Assembly: GCA_013265495.1 (NCBI GenBank)
Contig: MU057744.1
Span: forward strand, 808,001-872,000
From: Vicugna vicugna
Taxonomy: Eukaryota
DNA length: 64,000 nt
Direction: 5' to 3'
Part shown: positions 36,271-49,734 of the stretch, piece after piece
Layout: every line of letters begins with the position of its first letter
Numbering within the stretch: the stretch's first letter is position 1
Notes under the pieces: generated by a model
Databases searched by the model: none
What the model saw: only the letters and a program-made list of their open reading frames with translations
What the model was told of the DNA's origin: nothing
Position numbers and translations under genes: made by a program

Positions 36271-38365
36271 GGCTTATCCTTTATGGCACAGTGTTTAAAA
36301 CCTCTTATAATTACAGTGGGAAAACATACTTCACTCTGAACATCACAGCCCATCCTCTGAGAGCTTAGCATCCAGCGAGGGGAGGAAAGTGCGCTTCTGA
36401 CACAGCTAAGGAATAACTGCAAGGCTTTTAGGGGAGCATATGTTTCAGCTTCAGGAGACGGGAGCAGGACCTGGGTCCTCAGCAAAGAGGTGGGTTTGCA
36501 CTGTCTCCTGGGTGGGAGGGGGAGAGGGCAGTGGGAAGGGAGCAGTGTGCGCCAAGTTTGGTTCTGAGTGGAGGACATTTCTGTTGGTGCCACATCCTCT
36601 GTGGCTGGTCCAGGCCTTGGGGTTTGTGTGCACATCTCACGAAAGCCTCCGTGATAACCTGGTAAGAAGGGTGCTCCCCTCTGAGGTTCAGAGAGGCGAG
36701 GTCAGGTGACCACGTGCCCAGCAGCCTGCGAGGCACCTCTGAGATGCATGTGGATGCTCCTGTCCCGGTTCCTGGGGACCTGGCTCAGCACCCTCCTCCA
36801 CTGCTCCCTGGCCAACACCTTTGTGCAGGGCACACACCACACACTGGTACCAGCCCCTGTCTGCCTGAAGACACACATTCTTAGGGTAATCAGGTAATTG
36901 TACAGGCTCAATTTGATTTACTTTTCCCCAAAATCTCTCTTTTAAACCTCTGCTGGGTGCGGTCTGTCTTCTCACTGCCTGTCAGGTGGACCATCTCGCT
37001 CTCTGGTCATACTTGGTTATGAAAGCTTTAAGTCAGCCTAAACCTCCTGTCCACCCCCACCCCCAACGTCCAGGGCACACCTGGCTGAGCATCCAGGGCT
37101 TGGAGGAGAAGGGTGTGCCCTGCGCTCTTAGCCTCTCCCCCGCCACCTTTGGAATCTGGCTCTCCTGGGGTGGACCTGGGAAGGGGCAGGGTTGCGTCAT
37201 GTGACCCTGCCTGCCATCTCCGGCCTGGCTCTGCCTCTCTGGGTGACTCTGCCTGTGGCTGTGTCTACGTTGTGGGACGGGCTTCATCCTGGCCCCTCTC
37301 CCCACCTCCCTTCCATCCCAGCCCCGGTGATGGGCTGGTGCCCACCTTGCGTCTCCTCCCCGGCCCCCACCTTTACATTCTCTGCTTTCCTCCCATCTGC
37401 AGGAATCCCTAGTGGAAGCAGTGACTGCCCCCCAAGGCCCCAGCGCCCTCAGACCTCCCTGACTGGCTGGCCTGGGCCAGGACTCCCTCCTCACCCACTC
37501 AGCCCTGATGTCTCCCCCGTTGGGCCTGTGCACGCCCAGCTCTGCAGGCATCTGTCCTCCTCACGGGCCTGGGGTGGAGACCGTCGTCTTCCACAGTGAG
37601 CACTGCTCTCCTGCCCACAGGCTGGTAACTTCTCCTCGGCTCCCTCTCCAGCTGCTCCAGCAGGCTGCAGATGTGGGGCAGCGGCCAGTGGTAGGACTGG
37701 TTCTGTTGTTTGCAGGCCCCGTGTGGGGTGTGTGCACAGCCCCAAACCTGTGGGGCTCTCCTTGGAGCGCCAGGTGCTGAGTCCCTGTGTTTCTAGCTCT
37801 GGGCTCTGTCGAGGTGCAGCAGACGCCCCCCCCCCCAGCTCCTGATGCTCTGGGAGGTGAGAGAGCCCCGGCTGGAGCAGAGGCCTTTCCTCCAAGGCCT
37901 GTTCTTCAAGCATCATGTGCTATGAATTGGCATTTTTAAGCGGACTTAGCGGGCAGGACCTGAGACCTGAGGTTCTTGGGGGTCTCTGCTCACCGGGCCT
38001 TGTGGGGCCCTCACCCCTGGCTGTAGAGCAGAGGCTCCCAGGCTAAGGCTGCCAGCTTCTGGGCAGGTCGTGGAGTGGTGGGGGGGGTGGAGTGCCCTCG
38101 GCAGTCCTGTCTCCCAGCTGTTCTCTGTCCACGTTGCGTGTCTGGACCTCAGACTCCTGGGTTCCTGAATCTGGTGGAATGCGGTGGGCTCAGCTTCCCG
38201 CTGCTGCAGCCTTGTCTTGAGCCTTGTGACGACTCCTCCTGTGACGGGAGAGGAAGGAGAAGTGAGCTGTCGGGGTGGGGGGAGGGTTGGTGCGTGGATG
38301 CTGACGCAGGAGCCAGGACCCACCACGCCTTAGAGGGTGGCTGGGAAGCTGCAGCAGGTTATTGT

Positions 38366-38516
38366 GGGTGCCTGAGGCTCATGGAGGCCATAGTGGGGGT
38401 CTGGGGTCATGGTGGGTGTTGGAGGTCATGGGCGGTGGGTGTCGGAGGTTGTGGCTGGGCCTGGGGTCACGGTGGATGTCAGAGGTCGTGGCGGGGTCCT
38501 GGGGTCGTGGTGGGCC
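38366..38516. repeat. G-rich minisatellite (about 19/38-bp unit) in intron 1
   Basis: ctggggtc(a/g)(t/c)ggtgg at 38401, 38461 and 38499, alternating with gaggt(c/t)(a/g)tgg units. Confidence 0.7.
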
Positions 38517-40119
38517 AGTGGAGGCCGGTGAACAGGGAAGGAGCACCGGAGTGGAAGGAGCAGGGACCCTGTGGACAGAGCGGGGCCCGCCTGTGCTGCG
38601 CCTCCACAGCCCGTTACCGACCTGCTCCAGGAAAACGGCAGCCCGGGTGCCCCTGGGGTTGGGGCAGATTGGGGGTGCCGTCCGGTCCAGTGGCTCCTGT
38701 TCTCCAGACCCGGCTCTGACGGCCTCGAGAATTCTGGTGACCTGTCCAGGGTCACCCCAGCAGGCGTGCAGAGCCAGGACGAGTGCCAGGTGCACACCAC
38801 ACGCCTCAGCGGGAAAGGCATCCGGTCCTCGTCCCTGCAGACCAGGGACCAGGGGGTGGCTGAAAGTTGAATCTGGGGACCCTGTCTGCACCCCCACCAG
38901 GAGAAGGGAGGTGGGGGGTCTTAGGAGTAAGTGGATCTCACTACGCTCCTGGCAGTCAGTTTAATCAAGAAATGTTCCTGAATTGCATGTGCCCGGTGCT
39001 GATCTAGGACTTGTGAAGAAGGAAGCTTCTAGGCCTCTTGGCAATTGAGGAAGTAAGGAGCTTGGGAGCACATGAGGCAAGTCTTTGCAGGCCCCCAAGT
39101 ACCTTGTCTTAGCTGGGCCCACACGGTTGCACAGGGGCAGGGAATCCTCACCTCTGCAGCACCCAGTGCTGGCTCCCTGGGGTCACTCACTCGCTGGCTC
39201 ATGGCCACCAGAGCTCTGTGTGTGTGTGTGTGCACGCGCACACACATACACATGCATGCATGCACACCCAGGCAAGCACACACAGGACCAGGTGGAGTTT
39301 CTTACTAGCATTCAGTCTCCCATCGACCACCAGCAGCCCCAGGAAGTCACTTCCTTGTTTTCCTTCCAGAACTTCCCCAGAGAAGCAGCTTTCTAACTGT
39401 GCAGCCCGGTTTCCCAAGCTCTCTCCTCCCAGCACTTGGTCTTTATTCTCTCTGCCCCCATCACTGCTGCTTCGGTGCTGAAGGGCTCCCTGGCCAGCGT
39501 CAGGTGAACCAGATTTCCGTCCTGCCATCGGCCTCCGTGGGGACAGTGAGACTCACAGTGTATCTGAGATCCAGCCCCATTGACCTTGAAGCCTCAGCTC
39601 CCCACTGGCAGAGGCTGAGCTGAGCGCCGCCAGCTTGGTCCCCTCGGCTCCCATCCCTGGGTCTGGGGCCTGCACAGCCTCGCACTGCGGGGTTTTGCTG
39701 CATCCTTTGCTCCGCGGCCATTCCCAGGGTCAGACAAGCAGTGACTAGCAGGGGGGCGGAGGGTGCCGTCTGAAGGCTCTTCTCACCGCTCAGGCGGGTT
39801 GCTGGTGGCTGTGTCCAGCGACGTTGCCCTGCCCGCCAGAGGGCTGTGACGTACCCTCACCTGAACACCCGCACCTTCCGGTCCCCAGAGCAGTCGGCTG
39901 CGAGGTGCTGGGTGGGGCAGTGAGGGACAGGCTGACCAGAGAGGAGCACTGACAGACTTGATGGCCACGCATCCAAAGGACATCACTGAAACGGTCTGAG
40001 GTTTTTGAAAACATCACAGCACGTGATCCCAAGATCCGCTTCCGTGAGAGTCCTGCAGGAGGAGGGAAGGCTCCTCCTGGCTGTGTGTCTGGAGGGTCCG
40101 CTTCCCCGGGACGGGAAGA

Positions 40120-40475
40120 GCCTCAGCAAACTGCGGGCGGAGCCTGGTCCGTGGGCGGCTGCAGAGGTCTGCGAAGGCTTGTAAACATTTCATTTTTGAC
40201 TTGTACTGTGTCTACGTTTAGAGTCTGTTAACCTCTGAGGACAGATGAGGTCCGAGTGGTTTTACCCTGTGAGTGGGTTGATTTCCTCGAACTCGCGTGC
40301 AGGGGTGACAGGCGCACACGTCAGTGTTCCAGGCCTTGTGCGCCACATCTGGCATCAGTTGCATGTTCCTTTTTTTTTAAACATCTCTTTTAAAAGATCA
40401 AAATGATTCTCAGCTCACAGGTCATACAAAAGCAGGCTTCGGGCTGGACTTGGTCCCTGGGACAAGGTTAGGACA
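40120..40475. mobile_element. MER58-family fragment
   Basis: aaaatgattctcagctcacaggtcatacaaaagcaggc...gggctggacttggtccc. Confidence 0.55.
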
Positions 40476-41084
40476 AACGCTGGCGTGTCACCAAGCTCCC
40501 CCCTCACCTGACTGTGGCGTTTATTGGGGCAAGTCTTTCGGGCGGGTTGGAAACAGGCCATGGCTTCACGTCTGGTGGTTAGAGTGTCACTCACTCAGCA
40601 CACAAATCTCATCGGTCACCTGCTCGCAGGTGTCTGGGGTCAGAGACAGTAAGGTGGAATTTTTGCCCGAAAGGGTCGTAGACTGCAGAGAAGGACAGAC
40701 GTACATAGAGGTGGGGGTGCCTCCCACAGCACCCAGCAGGGAACCTCTCCCCGCCTGCCGGGAGCAGGGGCACACAGACCAGGGCTCCTGGGGGGGCACC
40801 TCTTGCGATGGCATCGCCACCCCCCCTTTCAGGACGGACTCACCAGCTGAGCTACACAGTTTGTAAAACACGGGGTCAACGTCCACACACACTGACATCA
40901 GCTGCCCGGGCTGCACTCTGCCTCCTGGGCTGCTGTCCAGCCCTGAGAGCTGTCAGAGGTCACTTGGCCCCTCAGGCGATGTGACAGTCTGTCTGTTGTG
41001 TGGGATGGGACAGGGCGGGAAGGAGTGGGGGGACAGACAGGAGAGAGTGTGGGCCGGAGGTGAGCAGTGCGGGCTTCTGCGGGC

Positions 41085-41400
41085 CCCCTGCCCGAGGCAG
41101 TCCCTCCCCACTTCCCCCTGCCCAGCCTCTGGCCAACCCCAGTCCGCCTTCTGCAGATTTGCCTGTTCTGGATACTTCACATCAGAGGAGTCATACGATC
41201 ACTGGCCTTTTGTGTGTGGCTTCTCTCACGGGGCGTAGTGTTTCGAGGCTCATCCACGTTGGAGCACGTGTCGCTCCCTCATCCCTGTTAGGCTGGTGGT
41301 TCTCCTGTAAGTGTGACCCCCAGCTCACACAGCCACCTGTCCACCCAGGGTCACCGAGGTTGCTTCCCCACGTGCTTCTGAGTGCCTGGGGTTCTCGGGA
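41085..41400 (-). mobile_element. Old L1 (L1MB-like) 3'UTR, GC-enriched
   Basis: gatttgcctgttctggatacttcacatca...ggccttttgtgtgtggcttct...ggctcatccacgttg. Confidence 0.7.
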
Positions 41401-42061
41401 GGCTGTGCAGGCCGGGTGCAGGCCAGAACAGACCTGCTAAATTCTGTGTGCCTGGTGTCGGCAGCCCATGTTCCATAGTGACGGTCCTTACAGAGGTGAC
41501 ACCAGGCAGGAGATGTTTCCGATAGAAGGTTGGGGACTTAATTCACTTTGTCACCTCTGTCATTCTCCCTCCAGGACATGTGTTTTCAAAAGAACCAGTG
41601 GCTTTGCTGCTCTTTAAGCATCCATCAAATCCACTTGCCCTGCTTTGCTACTGGCAGCTCCCTGGGGCCCAGACTGACACCAGGACGGAGCTGGGGGTAG
41701 CTTGGGGGAGGCTGGTCGCCTCCCCTCCCAACCCCTGGGGCCTCACGGAGCTGGGTCCCCGCTCTCATGACAGACGGCCCTTCACAGACTTGGTGGCACA
41801 TGTCCTGTCCCCCCTGCTGGGGGTGGGGCAGTCTCAGCCCCTTCGTGGTTTCCTGGGGGATGTAGGTTTGTCCATCATGGTCCTGGTCGCCATCCCGGGG
41901 CCCTTTCCTGTGTCCCACGGTGAGTTGGGGGCAGACGCAGCAGACCCACGTCTCACTTCTCCCTCCACCCCCGCCCCAGAGCAGTTTCTGTCACCATGTT
42001 CCTTCCCTGAGGAGGGACCGGTGGCCGTTCTCTCGGGCAGGTCACAAGGAGCCCCGCTGAC

Positions 42062-42393
42062 CCTCTTGGTCTGTTGCAGAATGCTGTGGACGGGGCAGCT
42101 AAAACACCAAAAACACCTGCCTCAGGGTCTGGGGACGGGACACTGGGGGAAGGGTGTCCGCGTGGCGGGGCTCCAGGGGGCCTCTGCCTGGGGCCGGCGG
42201 CCGCGCGTGTCCTCACGTCGGGGAGCGGCAGGCAGAGGGCTCCCGGGTGCCTTCGCTCAGAGCGCGGATCCCACCTGCGAGGGCTCCACCTGCAGGACCC
42301 AAGTGCCTGAGGCCTCCCCGCCTCACACCGTCACACTGAGGGCGAGGATCTCAACATGTAATCTGGGGGGGCACAGACACGCCGTTCGTGACA
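42062..42393 (-). mobile_element. MLT1A-like LTR, GC-shifted
   Basis: gatcccacctgcgagggctccacc...ccgtcacactgagggcgaggatctcaacatgtaatctggggggg. Confidence 0.7.
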
Positions 42394-44449
42394 GACACCA
42401 CCCCGGACTGCTCCCCGCAGGGGCAGGAGTTCCAGGGAACCTCAGATTTCTTCCTTCCCGGGCAGAACGTCATTTTCTAGTGGGGAAAAAAAACAGAAAC
42501 GCGCTTTCACCGCTCACCGGTTTTGTCGTCTGTGCGTGACTTGCCGCGAGGACCGGGGAGCGGGGGTGCGACGTGTCTCCCCCGCAGGGGCCGGAGACCT
42601 CCCTTCCTGGAGCCTTCGGGGCCGGCTGGCTGGCAACCCAACTAAACCCCCTCGGCGGAGAAAGGTCTCCTCTGGGCTGTAGTGTGTCCGTATTTAAGCA
42701 CATTTGGAACAATTACGGGCAGGGCTCTGGCTGGCGAACTGTGAGCTGTGTCTGTGGCAGGAGCGGTTCAGAAGCATAAATAATCATGAAGCCGGGGCCA
42801 CGGCCATTCCCACCCTGAGCCCAAGCAGGGAAAGTCCTGCCGGGGAGTCTCTGGGCTTGGTGCTTCCCCGTCCGCCTCCGTGGGCTGGGACGTGCCTCTG
42901 CGCCTGCGGCCCTGGCTGCCCTAGGGGCACTGGGTCCTGTCCCTTCCCTCCTCTGAGCACGCGGGTCTGTGCCCACCCAGAAGCAAGGCTGCAGCCGCAC
43001 CTGTGGGGCTTCGCGGGGCGGAGGACACAGAAGTCACCCTGATGAACGTTGGTACCCAGGCTGTTATCTCCCCGCCGGACACCGAGGCCCAGGGAGGTCG
43101 AGTTTGTAGGGGGCGAGCAAAGCAGGCCGATGACCGTGTAAGCCCAGGTGCTCGGGAGAGGCAGAGCGACGGGCGGCCCGGGTTCGTTGTGTCGCTGGTG
43201 ACTTGGGGGCCTTTGCACGGGTGCCGCTGCCCCTCGACGGCACTGCCGGGCCTGCCCTCCCCAGGGTGGGTCCAGGAGCCCGCTAGGGCAGCCTGGCTGG
43301 GGCTGGTGCTGTCGGATGGGGCTGCCGTCCCATTTAGGAGGACAGGGAGGCCCTGGGGAGCCGACGGAAGAGAGGGGATCTCAGCTGGAAGCTGGAGCAA
43401 GGAGCCCCTTCAGGGAGCGAGGGGGGTGCAGATGCCCTTCTCGGGCAAGACCTCGTCCCTTCATCACTTACAGGAAGGGCTGAGAGGGGGGAGAGGTGTG
43501 GGCCGGGCTCCTGCCTTCCCAGGGTTCCCAGGCTGCCAGTGGGGGTAGGACACACACACGTGCACACACACGGGAGCCTGAGGAGGGCTCTCAGCTGCCT
43601 GGTCAGCTGACAGGAGGCTGGAGAAGGCTGAGGACGCTTCTGGGGGTTCTGGGCTTTGCGGAAGTTCCAGGGAGAGGCAGTGTCATCGGTCACAAAAGCG
43701 GTTTGCCTAAGTGCTGGGGGCTCTGGGTCCCGAGGGTGAGCAGGAGGCCATGCCGTGAGCGGGGCTCCCTCCCTGAACCTCCTGCTCACCGGATTCAAAG
43801 GCAGGAGGTGACGTGGTGAAGACCTCCCCTTGGGAGCCAGTCACCTCCCTGGGTGCCTGGCCAGCTGGGCACACAGCACGTCTGGACTCCAGGCTGTTGC
43901 CCCCCGCATCCACAGCGTGGGCAACACACTCCTTGTTTTTTCCTGGGGTTCTGTGGCTTTAGAAACTTGGATAGTGTCTGCAGACGTTGGAGACATCACC
44001 CTCACCCTTGCTTTCTTAGCAAACTGACCTGAAGTGCCAGACCCCTTCTGCTCTTCAGGGATTGCTGCAGAAACGGGGAGATCCTGCACTTGGATTCAGG
44101 GACCCCAGAAATTAAGAAAAATTCAGGTCTTGTCACCCCGCTCTGGTGAATGAGGATGCTCAGCGTACGGAAGCAGAGTAGCGACTGTCACCCTGGGAGA
44201 CCAGCGCCTCGGGGCTTGCATAATTTCCCCAGGATACCAGGAAGTGGGAGGCACGGTGTGTGTGGGGGAGGATCCTGAGAGCCTGCACTGAAATGCATCA
44301 GTGGTTCCTAACCTTTTTAAGCATGAAATTTCCTTTTATGGTCGAGAGAGCATCTATGACCACAGTTCAGTAGCTGTGCATTTAGAATCACACTTTGAGG
44401 ACAAATGTGGGGACTCACGATAACTGGCGGGGACGGCAGATGAACGCTT

Positions 44450-44680
44450 CCGTAGTGCTTGCGAGGCGCAGGCACTTGGCTAAGGGCTCTGTGTGTGTTA
44501 ATTCACCCGATCCTGACAAAAGCCTTTGGGATAGACACTATTGTTAGTCTCATTTTACAGAGGAGGCACTTGAAGCCCAGAGAGGTTAGGTAACTTTTCC
44601 AGAGTCACACAGCTGATCATCAGTGGAGCCTGAATTCACGCCCAGGTGAGCCGGCTCCAGAATCCACGCTCTTAACCATC
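44450..44680 (-). mobile_element. MIR
   Basis: ctcattttacagaggaggcacttgaagcccagagaggttaggtaactt...gtcacacagct. Confidence 0.8.
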
Positions 44681-45489
44681 CTGAGATGTTTCTCTGCTGG
44701 CGGTGGGCACACAGTTGAGGCCTGTAGACAGTGGATGCCCTGGCTTTTTTGTTTGTTTTTTTGTGTGTATGTGAAAGGCTTGAAATTATTTTTAAAGAAC
44801 TTGGCACTATCAGATAACCGTGGTGTTAACCGTAAGTATGTGCACACAAGGAAGGCAGGCGTCTGAGAGACACAGCAGCAGCCGGCCCCAAAGGCTTGCA
44901 CACTGCGAAGAAGGGCACGTCCTCTTGCTTTCTGGTTGCAGTCATTTTTCTTTAGGAAGCAGGCCAGCTTCCTCCAGGCAGTCCACCACCTTCAAGGTCA
45001 GCAGCTGTCCTTGTAGTGGCTCCGTGTCATCCGTATTTTGTGCAGAGTTGTAGGTGAGAATGCAGGCACTAGAGTCGTGTGTTTCAGCACCGATGCACTG
45101 TCAGCACCTCATGACAGGTGAACAGGCAAGTTGCAGACGGGTGTGGACGCCCTTCATTCAGATGAGGGAAAAACCATGCAAGGCGGGACCCTGGGTTGTT
45201 TATAGGAGTCAAAGGAGAAGCCTGCTTGGCTGTCGGAACCCCAGGTTCAGGGAGCAGCTCCCTCCGAGGAGAAGGGAGGGGTCCGAGCCAGGGAGAGAGA
45301 TGCTGGTGGCTTCGATGGGGCCTTTTTACTCACTGAAAATGAAGGGCACCCGCCCGAGGTGGCTGAGCCGCAGGGCGGGCCTGTGAGCTTGGGCCTCGCT
45401 GCTGCCTTGTGGCCAGGGCTTCGTAATAAGCCTGCCATGAATCTGTAGCTTTTTCAAACGACTTTGCCCACATACATTTAAAATAGCAT

Positions 45490-45610
45490 GGGGGGAGGGT
45501 ACAGCTCTGTGATAAGAGCGCGTGCTTAGCGTGCACGAGGTCCTGGGTTCCATCCCCAGTGCCTCCTTTAAATGGATAAGAACCCCCCAAACACAACAGC
45601 AACAACAAAT
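45490..45610 (+). mobile_element. tRNA-derived SINE (vic-1-type)
   Basis: gggggagggtacagctc...gtgcttagcgtgcacgaggtcctgggttccatcccc. Confidence 0.85.
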
Positions 45611-48168
45611 AGAATAGTGTGAGTGAGGGGGAGAGAGACGGAGACTGGCTGAGACTTCGGTCTGTGCCCTGTGCCCGCTGTTTCAGACCCTCTCCGTTAC
45701 TCTGAGGGTCTCCGGGGGCCGCAGCCCTCAGGCGGGACCACGGCCCCCTGGGGATCGGGTGTCCAGCCTGGGCGTGCGGTGGGAGGTTGTCAGGTGTCCA
45801 CTCTGCCTGTTGGCTTCTCCGGGGGCATCACTTCGGGAGGTGGGGGCTCAGACGTGGAGGCTCGGAGACACAGGTCGTGTCTGGTGGGCGGCGTGATCGA
45901 GCAAAACGGTCACGGAGAGGGATTCGCAACATAGTGCAGGCCTGGAAGCATTCGGTCATCGCTGCCACTGCCTCTGGGGACAGAAGAGGTTGCTTTTGTT
46001 GGGTTTCGCTGAATGCCTAAGGGACAGGGTCCCACCCGCAAAGAGGTACTCAGGCCGCTTCTGCCAGAAACAGCTGACAGGTACTAGGAAAGATGACGGC
46101 GAGGCAGCAAATGCCAGCTGGAGGTAGGAGGAGGGAGAGCCGGCCGGCAGGAGTTCACAGGATGGGAACAGACCCGTGAGACGTCCGGGACTGTAATTTA
46201 TGAGGGGAGGCCGGCCGAGGGCGGCCACTGCTTCTAGGACCTTTCTGCTGGCGTTGAGCAAGGACGTCACATGCGCTCTCTGGCCCATCCTGCGTCATCT
46301 GGGGGGTGGCGGGAAGGGCTTGGGGTGGCCGGGAGGGCGCTGAGCTGTCGGGGCTGGACGCGAGGGGAGAGCCAGCTCCCTGCTGCACCCCGGCCTCCCG
46401 CCGGCCAGCTTGCAAGTCGCATCCACGCCCACCTGGAGCTCTTCTCAGAACTGAAATCAGAGGAGCCAGGAGTGCCCACAGGGCATCCCCCAACCTGAAT
46501 CAGATCTCCAGAAGGCCACCGGCTTTCTCTTCATTGGCGCTAGTTCTGGGTAGGACTTTTTAAAAGCCGTTATAATGATGCTGAGACGGACAGGGATTCG
46601 GATTTGAGGAGGCAAAGTGCTTTGTTTTCACCACGCGAGGTAGTGTTGGATGGAACCTGCTCCCTGGCCCTCCAGTCCCTTCCCTGCCCCCAGGGAGCCC
46701 CTGAGAAACCCTGGGTCGACACCGGCTGTGCAGACACGGAAGGGGAGAGGGAGGCAGAGGAGGCCGGGCCCTCCTGTACTCCAGTCCTGTTTCCTGGGCA
46801 GACTCCCCTGGGACCTCCCTTCTCTCCAGGCTTCTAGCCTGAGCCCGCTGCTGTCCCCGCAACCCTCCGGCAGCCTCCCTCCCCCGTCCTGCCTCCCGCC
46901 CCGGGCGCCCTCCCCTGCACCTCCTGCCTCACCCCCCACTGCTGCTCCACGGCTCCTCCTCCACCTGCGAGTCCCCATCTCACAACCGTGCGCTCGCATC
47001 CTCTCTCTCTCATTTCACAAACACATTTTTAAAGAGCGGCTGATGCTCCAGGAATGACTCACGGCTCTCGCTTCCTCCTGTCTGCCACCCCAGTGTCCGC
47101 CCGCTTCCCCTCCACCCCCTCCACCCACAACATCTGCCAGAGCCGGGGACTGGCTCCCCGGATTCTTCCGTCCAACGTCTGGGCCGCATTGCCCGTCCAT
47201 GTCTCTGACCTGGGCTCACCCCTCCACCCCCCAGGCCCCTGAGGCAGTGCTGGCTGGGGCTCTCCCACCCCCGGCCCAGCTCCCACCCCACCTGCCTTTC
47301 CCTCCTTTACGTCACAGCCCGTGTGGTTCCCCATTTAAGGTTCTGTGTTCACAGACTTGTGCAACCCTCACCGCCACCACCTTCAGATCATCATCACCCC
47401 AGGAGCCGTCACCCCCCACCACTTGTCCCCAGACCCCCAGCCCAGGCAGCCACTTGTCCAGCTCTGTCTTTGGTTTGCCTGTCACGCCGCCTTCTCACCT
47501 CCTCTGAACCTGTGGTCCAGGCCCTTTGGTTATGACCCCCCTGCCCCGCCCCCTAAAGCACAGACCTCATTTCTGGTTGTGTTCATTCTTCTGGGTCTCT
47601 GCTACAGGGACGGCAGTGTCCTCACCCACTCAGGCTCTACTTCCTTCCCCGCCTGGACTCCCATCCCTGCCCACCTGCTGCCGCGCGGCCTCCCCAGGGA
47701 CCCGGGTTCCCCCCGGCCATCTCACCTCCACGCTCAGGCCCCACCTTTAACTTCCAGCAGCGTGCCCCAGTGGAGGCCTCTGATCCGCAGATCAGCACCC
47801 GGGGGAGGGAGACTGCAGGCACCTCTGCAATAAGGGAGCCCACCTCGCCCCAGAGCCATTGTGCGGGCTGCTGAGGTCGGGAGAAACTGCAGCAAGCAGC
47901 ATTTCCCCCAGAGAGAGCCATCAGATGTGACGCTCTGTAGTCCAGTGGGCTGCGACGTTTGAGGCCCGGGTCAGTGGACACGCACATTCCAGCCACATGC
48001 AGGTGGCGCCAGTGAAAATTCTAATAATGGTGGCGGTGCTGGGGGAGTGGACTCTACCTCTGGGGAAGGATGGGCTCAAACAGAAATCTGAAAATAAGGG
48101 AAGTACTGGGCAGTGGTAGACCAGTAATACCTTTAAAATTTTTTTAAACCATTTTTAAATAACTTTAC

Positions 48169-48333
48169 TTTTTTTTAAACTTTTTTTATTGAGTTATAGT
48201 CATTTTGCAATGTTGTGTCAAATTCCAGTGTAGAGCACAATTTTTCAGTTATGCATGAGCATACGTATATTGATTGTCACATTTTATTTCTCTGTGAGCT
48301 ACCACAAGATCTTGTATATATTTCTCTGTGCTA
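48169..48333 (-). mobile_element. Young L1 3' end about 200 bp upstream of exon 2
   Basis: Same 3' end as the 12822 and 53598 copies (ttgagttatagtcatttt...tagagcacaatttttcagtta). Confidence 0.85.
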
Positions 48334-48530
48334 TTAAGTACCTTTATTTTTAAAAGTGTGTACACAGCCTAAAAGATGTTTAGCGTCACGAACTTTCTCA
48401 CAAAGCAAACATCTCAATCTCAGCGGCCGTGCGCAGCGCCTCGGCAGGGAGGGAACGGGGGGTTCCAAGCACTGGTACCATATTGTGTTTCCAACCTGCT
48501 GTGTTCTGTTTGTTTGTTTTGTCATTGCAG

Positions 48531-48580
48531 GTGATTTTTAAAGCCAAGTCCAAATATTCTCCAGAATTACTCAAGTACCG
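48531..48580 (+). CDS. GPR137B: GPR137B coding exon 2 (50 nt, VIFKAKSKYSPELLKYR)
   Basis: Polypyrimidine tract plus TTGCAG acceptor, donor CG|GTAAGT. Phase 0 to phase 2 joins exons 1 and 3 in frame, and the peptide matches GPR137B. Confidence 0.96.
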
Positions 48581-49734
48581 GTAAGTAGCCGCAGGCATCT
48601 CTCTGGGTGACAGCAGGTGAAGGGCTCCCCCGTGGAGCGTTTCCCAGCAGAGGGGTGCACGCCTGGCTCCTCTGAGCTGCCTGGACCCGCTGTGTCCTGG
48701 ATGCTGCCCTGTGAGGTGGCCTCCCCTGCCCGCCAGCCTCTGCTCAGTGAATCGAGACTTCCCAGGTCTGGTGGCACATCTGCCTTGTTTGGAAACCAGA
48801 GCCTGGTGCCTGTCTTCATCCGGGAGAACCGAGAGGGGAGGGGAGCAGTGCTGCTGCCTCTCAGCCTTCCAGAGGCCCCGGCAGCAAAGGGAAGATGGGG
48901 TCCCCAGGATGCAGCGTGGCCAGGCGTCCCCCCTGCCCTGTGTGGGCGGGTGCAGCGATGCCACATCCCGGTCCCCATGGTCCTGCCCTTGCCGTGCTGG
49001 CCTGAGCCCTGGTCTGTGGCTGCCCATTGCTGGCGGGGGCTGTTTTCTGGAACTCTGCGTTACGGTTACCCTAACTCCCCCGCACATCAGCGAGCCTGGT
49101 GCTCTTTCCACACCCAGCAGGTATATTTTGACCACGTAAGACTCAGGTGGGCACCCCAAGGCAGAAACGCAGTCTGTGTCCTCAAGGGACGCACAGTCTG
49201 TCTGTAAAGGGGGCGGAACAACCCAACAACTTGCAGAGGAGCACACGTGATGCTGCGGGGGTGTGAGCGGGTCTCTGCCATGGCCACTGTGGGGGCCCAG
49301 GACATCTGAGGAGGAAGCCAGGCCTGCGCAGGGCCGAGTGCAGGAGGCTGGTCATCACAGAGGGGCCCCTTCCATCGTGTGCTGAATTTAGATGCGGAGG
49401 CCAGTTGTGTGTGTGTCCTGGGAAGACGGCCCACTGCTTTCCCGGATTTTCAGTGAGGTCTGTCAACTCCCCAGCAGCAGAGAACCAGGGGCTTCCAGAA
49501 TGGTCAGATGTGGCCAGAGGGGGATGGGAGACAAGCTGTCCCAAAGGGGCGGGAGGGAGCGGGGGAGGAGGGCATGGGGGGAGTCCAGATGTTCCGCCGC
49601 CCCACCCAGGGGAGTTCGCATCCAGGGCAGACAGTTCTGGAAAGGCGACTTTGGCCCTTCACATCTTGAGTCAAAATGAAAATTTAATTACCTTGTTACT
49701 TAAGATACGGAAAAATGTATCCATGTTATATTTT

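Noticed and set aside
41580..42539. 319-aa intronic ORF
   Set aside because: GC-rich, stop-poor DNA running through an MLT1A LTR, with no protein family features.
48525..48536. Recursive-splice-like CAG|GTGATT at the exon 2 acceptor
   Set aside because: GTG is simply the Val codon, the donor match is weak, and the intron is only 14 kb.
48398..49246. 282-aa antisense ORF over exon 2
   Set aside because: Low-complexity composition typical of GC-rich introns, no homology recognised.
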